Shown piece after piece: positions 40,344 to 51,661 of a DNA stretch of 64,000 bases. The translations under genes were made by a program, and so were the position numbers. The notes under the pieces were generated by a model. The model did no database searches. It saw nothing but the letters and a program-made list of their open reading frames with translations, and was not told the origin of the DNA. The number at the start of each line of letters is the position of its first letter. Positions within the stretch are counted from its first letter, which is position 1. This DNA comes from Centroscyllium fabricii (taxonomy: Eukaryota): NCBI GenBank assembly GCA_051313645.2, contig JBNRSN020000031.1:4836001-4900000 (forward strand), read 5' to 3'.

Positions 40344-43300
40344 ACGTATTCACATGCTGAGTTATCATTGGCCCACAGGCATCTGTAAGGACTACTATTG
40401 TTTTCACGTAATCAAATGCTGAGTTATCATTGGCCCACAGGCATCTGTAAGGACTACCTATTATATTCAGGTAATCACACGCTGAATTATCATTGGCCCA
40501 CAGGCATCTGTAAGGACTACATATTATATTCACGTAATCACATGCTGAGTTATCATTGGCCCACAGGCATCTCTAAGGACTACCAGTTATATTCATGTAA
40601 TCACATGCTGACTTATCATTGGCCCACAGGCATTTGTAAGGACTACGTGTTATATTCACGTATTCACATGCTGAGTTATCATTGGCCCACAGGCATCTGT
40701 AAGGATTACCTATTATATTCACGTAATCACATGCTGAATTATCATTGGCCCACAGGCATCTGTAATGACTACCTATTATATTTACGTAATCACATGCTGA
40801 GTTATCATTGGCCCGCAGGCATCTGTAAGGACTACCAATTATATTCACGTGATCACATGCTGAGTTATCATTGGCCCACAGGCATCTGTAAGGACTACTA
40901 TTGTACTCAATTAAACAAATGCTGAGTTATCATTGGCCCACAGGCATCTGTAAGGACTACTATTGTATTCACGTAATCACATGCTGAGTTATCATTTGCC
41001 CGCAGGCATCTGTAAGGACTACCTATTATATTCACGTAATCACATGCTGAATTACCATTGCCCACAGGTATCTGTAAGGGTTACCTATTATATTCACGTA
41101 ATCACATGCTGAGTTATCATTGGCCCACAGGATTCTGTAAGGACTACCTATTATATTCACGTAATCACATGCTGAATTAACATTGGCTCGCAGGCATCTG
41201 TAAGGACTACCAATTATTTTCACGTGATCACATGCTGAGTTATCATTGGCCCACAGGCATCTGTAAGGACTACTATTGTTTTCACGTAATCAAATGCTGA
41301 GTTATCATTGGCCCACAGACATCTGTAAGCACTACCTATTATATTCAGGTAATCACATGCTGAATTATCATTGGCCCACAGGCATCTGTAAGGACTACAT
41401 ATTATATTCACGTAATCACATGCTGAGTTATCATTGGCCCACAGGCATCTGTAAGTCTACCTGTTATATTCATGTAATCACATGCTGAGTTATCATTGGC
41501 CCACAGGCATTTGTAAGGACTACGTATTATATTCACATATTCACATGCTGAGTTATCATTGGCCCACAGGCATCTGTAAGGACTACCTATTATATTCACG
41601 TAATCACATGCTGAGTTATCATTGGCCCACAGGCATCTGTAAGGCCTACCTATTATATTCACATAATCACATGCTGAGATATCATTGGCCCACAGGCATC
41701 TGTAAGGACTATCTATTATATTCACGTAATCACATGCTAAGTTATCATTGGCCCACAGGCATCTGTAAGGACTACCTATTATATTCACGTAATCACATGC
41801 TGAATTATCATTGGCCCACAGGCATCTGTAATGACTACCTATTATATTTACGTAATCACATGCTGAGTTATCATTGGCCCGCAGGCATCTGTAAGGACTA
41901 CCAATTATATTCACTTGATCACTTGCTGAGTTATCATTGGCCCACAGGCATCTGTAAGGACTACTATTGTTTTCACGTAATCAAATGCTGAGTTATCATT
42001 GGCCCACAGACATCTGTAAGGACTACCTATTATATTCAGGTAATCACATGCTGAATTATCATTGGCCCACAGGCATCTGTAAGGACTACATATTATATTC
42101 ACGTAATCACATGCTGAGTTATCATTGGCCCACAGGCTTCTGTAAGGACTACCTGTTATATTCATGTAATCACATGCTGAGTTATCATTGGCCCACAGGC
42201 ATTTGTAAGGACTACGTATTATATTCACGTATTCACATGCTGAGTTATCATTGGCCCACAGGCATCTGTAAGGACTACCTATTATATTCACGTAATCACA
42301 TGCTGAGTTATCATTGGCGCACAGGCATCTGTAAGGACTACCTATTATATTCACGTAATCACATGCTGAGATATCATTGGCCCACAGGCATCTGTAAGGA
42401 CTATCTTTTATATTCATGTAATCACATGCTAAGTTATCATTGGACCACAGGCATCTGTAAGGACTACCTCTTATATTCACGTAATCACATGCTGAATTAT
42501 CATTGGCCCACAGGCATCTGTAATGACTACCTATTATATTTACGTAATCACATGCTGAGTTATCATTGGCCCGCAGGCATCTGTAAGGACTAACAATTAT
42601 ATTCACGTGATCACATGCTGAGTTATCATTGGCCCACAGGCATCTGTAAGGACTACTATTGTACTCAATTAACCAAATGCTGAGTTATCATTGGCCCGCA
42701 GGCATCTGTAAGGACTACCAATTATATTCACGTGATCACATGCTGAGTTATCATTGGCCCACAGGCATCTGTAAGGACTACTATTATATTAACTTAATCA
42801 CAAGCTGAGTTATCATTGGACACCTGGAATCTGTAAGGACTACTATTGTATTCACGTAATCAAACACTGAGATATCATTGGCCCACAGGCATCTGTAAGG
42901 ACTACTATTGTATTCACGTAATCACATGCTGAGTTATCATTGGCCCGCAGGCATCTGTAAGGGCAACCTATTATATTCACGTAATCACATGCTGAGTTAT
43001 CATTGGCCCACAGGCATCTGTAAGGACTACTACTATATTCACGTAATCATGTGCTGAGTTATCATTGGTCCATAGGCATCTGTAAGGACCACCTATTATA
43101 TTCACGTAATCAAATGCTGAATTATCATTGTCCCAGAGGCATCTGTAAGGACTACCTATTATAATCACGTAATCACATGCTGAGTTATCATTGGCCCACA
43201 GGAATCTGTAAGGACTACCTATTATATTCATGTAATCACATGCTGAGTTATCATTGGCCCACAGGCATCTGTAAGGACTACCTGTTATATTCACGTAATC

Positions 43301-46300
43301 ACATGCTGAGCTATCATTGGCCCACAGGCATTTGGAAGGACTACTTATTATATTCACGTACTCACATGCTGAGTTATCATTGGCCCACAGGCATCTGTAA
43401 GGACTACCTTTTATATTCACATAATCACATGCTGAGTTATCATTGGCCCACAGGCATCTGTAAGGACTACCTATTATATTCACGTAATCACATGCTGAGT
43501 TATCATTGTCCCACAGGTATCTGTAAGGACTACCTATTATATTCACGTAATCACATGCTGCGTTATCATTGTCCCACAGGCATCTGGAAGGACTACCTAT
43601 TATATTCACGTAATCACATGCTGAAATATCATTGGACCAAAGGCATCTGTAAGGACTACCTATTATATTCACGTAATCACATGTTGAGATATCATTGGTC
43701 CACAGGCATCTGTAAGGACTACCTATTATATTCACATAATCAAATGTTGAGTTATCATTGGCCCACAGGCATCTGGAAGGACTATCTATTATATTCACGT
43801 AATCACATGCTGAGTTATCATTGGCCACAGGCATCTGTAAGGACAACCTATTATATTCACGTAATCACATGCTGAGTTATCATTGGACTGCAGGCATCTG
43901 TAAGAACTGCCTATTATATTCACGTAATCAGATGCTGAGTTATCATTGGCCCACAGGCATCTGTAAGGACTACCTATTATACTCACGTAATCACATGCTG
44001 AGTTATCATTGGCCCACAGGCATCTGTAAGAACTATCTTTTATATTCACGTAATCACATGCTGAATTATCATTGGCCCACAGGCATCTGGAAGGACTACC
44101 TATTATATTCACGTAATCACATTCTGATTTATAATTGGCCCACAGGCATCTGGAAGGACTACCTACTATATTCACGTAATCACATGCTGAATTATCATTG
44201 GACCAAAGGCATCTGTAAGGACTACCTATTATATTCACATAATCACATGTTGAGTTATCATTGGCCCCAGGCATCTGTAAGGACTACCTATTATATTCAG
44301 GTAATCACCTGCTGAATTATCATTGCCCACAGGCATCTGGAAGGACTACCTATAATATTCACGTAATCACATGCTGATTTATCATTGGACCAAAGGCATC
44401 TGTAAGGACTAATATTGTATTCACGTAATCACATGCTGAGATATCATTGGCCCACAGGTATCTGTAAGGACTACCTATTATATTTACGTAATCACATGCT
44501 GAGTTATCATTGGCCCACATGCATCTGGAAGGCCTACCTATTATATTTACGTAATCACATGCTGAATTATCATTAGACCAAAGGCATCTGTAAGGACTAC
44601 CTATTATATTCACGTAATCACATGTTGAGATATCATTGGCCCGCAGGCATCTGTAAGGACTACCTATTATATTCAGGTAATCACATGCTGAATTATCATT
44701 GCCCACAGGCATCTGTAAGGACTACCTATTATATTCACGTAATCACATGCTAAGTTATCATTGCCCCACTGGCATCTGTATGGACTACCTATTATATTCA
44801 CGTAATCACATGCTGAGTTATCATCGGCCCACAGGCATCTGTAAGGACTACCTATTATATTCACGTAATCACATGCTGAGTTATCATTGGCCCACAGGCA
44901 TCTGGAAGGACTACCTATAATATTCACGTATTCACATGCTGAGTTATCATTGGCCCACAGGCATCTGTAAGGACTACTATTGTTTTCACGTAATCAAATG
45001 CTGAGTTATCATTGGCCCACAGGCATCTGTAAGGACTACCTATTATATTCAGGTAATCACATGCTGAATTATCATTGGCCCACAGGCATCTGTAAGGACT
45101 ACATATTATATTCACGTAATCACATGCTGAGTTATCATTGGCCCACAGGCATCTGTAAGGACTACCTGTTATATTCATGTAATCACATGCTGAGTTATCA
45201 TTGGCCCACAGGCATTTGTAAGGACTACGTATTATATTCATGTATTCACATGCTGAGTTATCATTGGCCCACAGGCATCTGTAAGGATTACCTATTATAT
45301 TCACGTAATCACATGCTGAATTATCATTGGCCCACAGGCATCTGTAATGACTACCTATTATATTTACGTAATAACATGCTGAGTTATCATTGGCCCGCAG
45401 GTATCTGTAAGGACTACCAATTATATTCACGTGATCACATGCTGAGTTATCATTGGCCCACAGGCATCTGTAAGGACTACTATTGTACTCAATTAAACAA
45501 ATGCTGAGTTATCATTGGCCCACAGGCATCTGTAAGGACTACTATTGTATTCACGTAAACACATGCTGAGTTATCATTGGCCCGCAGGCATCTGTAAGGA
45601 CTACCTATTATATTCACGTAATCACATGCTGAATTACCATTGCCCACAGGTATCTGTAAGGGTTACCTATTATATTCACGTAATCACATGCTGAGTTATC
45701 ATTGGCCCGCAGGCATCTGTAAGGACTACCAATTATATTCACGTGATCACATGCTGAGTTATCATTGGCCCACATGCATCTGTAAGGACAACTATTGTTT
45801 TCACGTAATCAAATGCTGAGTTATCATTGGCCCACAGACATCTGTAAGGACTACCTATTATATTCAGGTAATCACATGCTGAATTATCATTGGCCCACAG
45901 GCATCTGTAAGGACTACATATTATATTCACGTAATCACATGCTGAGTTATCATTGGCCCACAGGCATCTGTAAGGACTACCTGTTATATTCATGTAATCA
46001 CATGCTGAGTTATCATTGGCCCACAGGCATTTGTAAGGACTACGTATTATATTCACATATTCACATGCTGAGTTATAATTGGCCCACAGGCATCTGTAAG
46101 GACTACCTATTATATTCACGTAATCACATGCTGAGTTATCATTGGCCCACAGGCATCTGTATGGCCTACCTATTATATTCACGTAATCACATGCTGAGAT
46201 ATCATTGGCCCACAGGCATCTGTAAGGACTATCTATTATATTCACTTAATCACATGCTAAGTTATCATTGGCCCACAGGCATCTGTAAGGACTACCTATT

Positions 46301-49300
46301 ATATTCACGTAATCACATGCTGAATTATCATTGGCCCACAGGCATCTGTAATGACTACCTATTATATTTACGTAATCACATGCTGAGTTATCATTGGCCC
46401 GCAGGCATCTGTAAGGATTACCAATTATATTCTCGTGATCACATGCTGAGTTATCATTGGCCCACAGGCATCTGTAAGGACTACTATTGTACTCAATTAA
46501 CCAAATGCTGAGTTATCATTGGCCCACAGGCATCTGTAAGGACTACTATTGTATTCACGTAATCACATGCTGAGTTATCATTGGCCCGCAGGCATCTGTA
46601 AGGACCACCTATTATATTCACGTAATCACACGCTGAGTTATCATTGGCCCACAGGCATCTGTAAGGACTACTATTATATTCACGTATTCACAAGCTGAGT
46701 TATCATTGGCCCACTGGCATCTGTAAGGACTACTATTGTATTCACGTAATCAAACGCTGAGATATCATTGGCCCACAGGCATCTGTAAGGACTGCTATTG
46801 TATTCACGTAATCACATGCTGAGTTATCATTGGCCCGCAGGCATCTGTATGGGCTACCTATTATATTCACGTAATCACATGCTGAGTTATCATTGGCCCA
46901 CAGGCATCTGTAAGGACTACTATTATATTCACGTAATCATATGCTGAGTTATCATTGGCCCATAGGCATCTGTAAGGACTACCTATTATATTCACGTAAT
47001 CAAATGCTGAATTATCATTGTCCCAGAGGCATCTGTAAGGACTACCTATTATAATCACGTAATCACATGCTGAATTATCATTGGCCCACAGGAATCTGTA
47101 AGGACTACCTATTATATTCATGTAATCACATGCTGAGTTATCATTGGCCCACAGGCATCTGTAAGGACTACCTGTTATATTCACGTAATCACATGCTGAG
47201 TTATCATTGGCCCACAGGCATTTGGAAGGACTACCTATTGTATTCACGTATTCACATGCTGAGTTATCATTGGCCCACAGGCATCTGTAAGGACTACCTT
47301 TTATATTCACGTAATCACATGCTGAATTATCATTGGCCAACAGGCATCTGTAAGGAATACCTATTATATTCACGTAATCATATGCTGAGTTATCATCGGC
47401 CAACAGTCATCTGTAAGGACAACTTATTGTATTCAAGTAATCACATGCTGAGTTATCATTGGCCCACAGTCATCTGTAAGGGCTACCTATTATATTCACA
47501 TAATCACATGCTGAGTTATCATTGGCCCACAGGCATCTGTAAGGACTACCTATTATATTCACGTAATCACATGCTGAGTTATCATTGGCCCACAGGTATC
47601 TGTAAGGACTACCTATTATATTCACGTAATCACATGCTGCGTTATCATTGTCCCACAGGCATCTGGAAGGACTACCAATTATATTCACGTAATCACATGC
47701 TGAATTATCATTGGACCAAAGGCATCAGTAAGGACTACCTTTTATATTCACGTAATCACATGTTGAGTTATCATTGGCCCACAGGCATCTGTAAGGACTA
47801 CCTATTATATTCACGTAATCACATGTTGAGTTATCATTGGCCTATAGGCATCTGGAAGGTCTATCTATTATATTCACGTAATCACATGCTGAGTTATCAT
47901 TGGCCACAGGCATCTGTAAGGACAACCTATTATATTCACGTAATCACATGCTGAGTTATCATTGGCCCACAGGCATCTGTAAGGACTACCTATTATATTC
48001 ACGTAATCAAATGCTGAGTTATCATTGGCCTGCAGGCATCTGTAAGAACTGCCTATTATATTCACGTAGTCAGATGCTGAGTTATCATTGGCCCACAGGC
48101 ATCTGTAAGGACTACCTATTATATTCACGTAATCACATGCTGAGTTATCATTGGCCACAGGCATCTGTAAAGACTACCTATTATATTCACGTAATCACAT
48201 GCTGAGTTATCATTGGCCCACAGGCATCTGTAAGAACTACCTTTTATATTCACGTAATCACATGCTGAATTATCATTGGCCACAGGCATCTGAAAGGACT
48301 ACCTATTATATTCACGTAATCACATTCTGATTTATCATTGGCCAACAGGCATCTGGAAGGACTACCTATTATATTCACGTAATCACATGCTGAATTATCA
48401 TTGGACCAAAGGCATCTGTAAGGACTACCTATTATATTCAGGTAATCACATGCTGAATTATCATTGCCCACAGGCATCTGTAAGGACTACCTATTATATT
48501 CACGTAATCACATGCTGAGTTATCATTGCCCCACTGGCATCTGTATGGACTACCTATTATATTCACGTAATCACATTCTGAGTTATCATCGGCCCACAGG
48601 CATCTGGAAGGACTATCTATAATATTCACGTAATCACATGCTGATTTATCATTGGACCAAAGGCATCTGTAAGGACTAATATTGTATTCACGTAATCACA
48701 TGCTGAGTTATCATTGGCCCGCAGGCATCTGTAAGGACCACCTATTATATTGACGTAATCACACGCTGAGTTATCATTGGCACACAGGCATCTGTAAGGA
48801 CTACTATTATATTCACGTATTCACAAGCTGAGTTATCATTGGCCCACTGGCATCTGTAAGGACTACTATTGTATTCACGTAATCAAACGCTGAGATATCA
48901 TTGGCCCACAGGCATCTGTAAGGACTACTATTGTATTCACGTAATCACATGCTGAGTTATCATTGGCCCGCAGGCATCTGTATGGGCTACCTATTATATT
49001 CACGTAATCACATGCTGAGTTATCATTGGCCCACAGGCATCTGTAAGGACTACTATTATATTCACGTAATCATATGCTGAGTTATCATTGGCCAATAGGC
49101 ATCTGTAAGGACTACCTATTATATTCACGTAATCAAATGCTGAATTATCATTGTCCCAGAGGCATCTGTAAGGACTACCTATTATAATCACGTAATCACA
49201 TGCTGAATTATCATTGGCCCACAGGAATCTGTAAGGACTACCTATTATATTCATGTAATCACATGCTGAGTTATCATTGGCCCACAGGCATCTGTAAGGA

Positions 49301-50009
49301 CTACCTGTTATATTCACGTAATCACATGCTGAGTTATCATTGGCCCACAGGCATTTGGAAGGACTACCTATTATAATCACGTATTCACATGCTGAGTTAT
49401 CATTGGCCCTCAGGCATCTGTAAGGACTACCTTTTATATTCACGTAATCACATGCTGAATTATCATTGGCCAACAGGCATCTGTAAGGACTACCTATTAT
49501 ATTCACGTAATCATATGCTGAGTTATCATCGGCCAACAGTCATCTGTAAGGACAACTTATTGTATTCAAGTAATCACATGCTGAGTTATCATTGGCCCAC
49601 AGGCATCTGTAAGGACTACCTATTATATTCACATAATCACATGCTGAGTTATCATTGGCCCACAGGCATCTGTAAGGACTACCTATTATATTCACGTAAT
49701 CTCATGCTGAGTTATCATTGGCCCACAGGTATCTGTAAGGACTACCTATTATATTCACGTAATCACATGCTGCGTTATCATTGTCCCACAGGCATCTGGA
49801 AGGACTACCAATTATATTCACGTAATCACATGCTGAATTATCATTGGACCAAAGGCATCTGTAAGGACTACCTGTTATATTCACGTAATCACATGTTGAG
49901 TTATCATTGGCCCACAGGCATCTGTAAGGACTACCTATTATATTCACGTAATCACATGTTGAGTTATCATTGGCCCACAGGCATCTGGAAGGACTATCTA
50001 TTATATTCA
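40344..50009. repeat. 63-bp tandem satellite array, segment 3
   Basis: The monomer resumes in register after the TSD. Confidence 0.99.
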
Positions 50010-50330
50010 TGTAACCCTTTTTACGATTGGCCCCCCCCCTTCTCCTTTACTGAGAATGGGGGGGTAGGTTAATACCAATTACCCCGTAGGTTCTTAACGT
50101 ACCCCACGTGTAGAACTCTGTGACCTCCACCCAAATGTAACCCTTTTAACTTGAGAGAGATGAATCTGAGACAAGATTTCTATTTACAAACTTTAATAAC
50201 AGGGTTGGGAGATAGAGTTTAAATACAAACAGTGTTAAACAACTAGCAACTGCATACACAAATAGAAAGCAGCATTAATGTCATACAACAAATCATTTAC
50301 ACATTCATTCAGCTCACAACCACTCCCAAG

Positions 50331-50497
50331 AACACACTTCAATCAGAACTTTACAATGGCAAGGCGCTCGCTTTAGCACCCTTCCAGAACACATTTCAAT
50401 CAGCAATTTACAATGGCAAGGCACTCGCTTTAGCACCCTCACAGAACACATTTCAATCAGCAATTTACAATGGCAAGGCATCCACTTTAGCACCCTT
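50331..50497. repeat. 57-bp tandem repeat x3 inside the LTR (also at about 51981-52147)
   Basis: CAATGGC recurs at 50354, 50411 and 50468. Confidence 0.9.
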
Positions 50498-50504
50498 ACA
50501 CCTT

Positions 50505-51050
50505 GTTCCCCAAGCCCTTTTCTCAGAAGTTATTACTCACGACTGTCCGAATAGGGCTTGACAATGAGGACCGTACACTACAGTCTCCTCATCTCAAGGG
50601 AGACAACGATGGCTCTTGGATCTGCCTCTGTCCTTTTAACACGAAAGCTTCCAGCATCTTCCAGCAGTGGGCGTCGCACACAGCTCTCCACCCTCTGCTT
50701 CCTGCAACCTCGTCTTCCCCAAGCCCTTCTCTCAGTAGCCGCCACTCACGACTGTCCGAATAGGGCTTGACAATGAGTACCGTACACTACAGCCTACTCA
50801 TCTCAAGAGAAACAACGACGGCTCTTGGAACTGTCTCTCAGTCCTTTTAACACGAAAGCCTCCAGCCTCTTCCAGCAATGGGCGTCGCACACAGCTCTCC
50901 ACCCTCTGCTTCCTGCAACCTCGTCTTCCCCAAGCCCTTCTCTCAGTAGCCGCCACTCACGACTGTCCGAACAGGGCTTGGCAATGAGTACCGTACACTA
51001 CAGCCTACTCATCCCAAGGGAAACAACGACGGCTCTTGGAACTGCCTCTC
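50505..51050. repeat. ~211-bp tandem repeat inside the left LTR (about 2.6 units)
   Basis: CACGACTGTCCGAA recurs at 50538, 50747 and 50958. Confidence 0.92.
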
Positions 51051-51515
51051 TCATGGCTTCTCTGGATCTTTCCCGGATCTTCTCAATCTAACCTCCTTCT
51101 GGATCTTCCCCGGATCTTCTCAATCTAACCTCCTGCTCAATCTTCTCTCTTCCTCCTGCGCTCTATCTTAATTCCAGCTCAATCTTCTCTCCAGCTCAAT
51201 CTTAATAATCCTGTCTCTAGGCGTGTCCAGCCTTTTATCCTGTCCTGGCTCCACCCTCCAGTAACTCACCCCACTTTTAGCCAGCCTATCACAAAGCAAT
51301 CACACAGACTGGCCGGAGCCGAGTGCTGGTTTCCATGGCAGCCCAGCCTGTCTGAAACAGTGTTCAATCTCACACCTGGACAACCACCCCATGTGATCTG
51401 AACTTCCAGACAAACTGGCACCGAAGAGGTCACCTGACCTCAGACCACTGGATCCCTAGACTTTTAACCCTTTAGGGAGATTCTCCCTGACTCTGGGTTT
51501 CAGACCCAGGTTACA

Positions 51516-51525
51516 CTCCCCCCTT
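51516..51525 (-). promoter_or_regulatory. Polypurine tract
   Basis: The minus strand reads AAGGGGGGAG immediately before the TGTAACC start of the 3' LTR. Confidence 0.85.
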
Positions 51526-51639
51526 ACCAAACCTAGTCATGTCCTCATGACTACACCACAAAGTAACTGTGCTCACGTCCATCTCTCTCTCGGCAACAAT
51601 GGGTTCACTCCACTAGTGTATGAAACTGGAAGTCACAGT

Positions 51640-51659
51640 ATCCCGGAAACGAGCCCCCA
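51640..51659 (-). promoter_or_regulatory. Primer-binding site, tRNA-Pro
   Basis: The minus strand reads TGGGGGCTCGT-tt-CCGGGAT, 2 nt after the LTR end. The canonical tRNA-Pro PBS (as in MoMLV) is TGGGGGCTCGTCCGGGAT. Confidence 0.88.
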
Positions 51660-51661
51660 AA

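Larger units (their letters stand above)
50010..51515 (-). repeat. 3' LTR (1506 bp) of the non-autonomous element
   Basis: Abuts the PPT and has 7-bp terminal inverted repeats. Confidence 0.92.

Noticed and set aside
35530-40533. Alternative-frame and antisense ORFs over the Gypsy element (e.g. 38567-39172, 39393-39971, 39841-40533), including a possible env
   Set aside because: They are expected shadows of GC-rich coding DNA with no recognisable motifs. Only about 200 bp separate the pol stop from the 3' LTR, and one ORF crosses the LTR/satellite junction.
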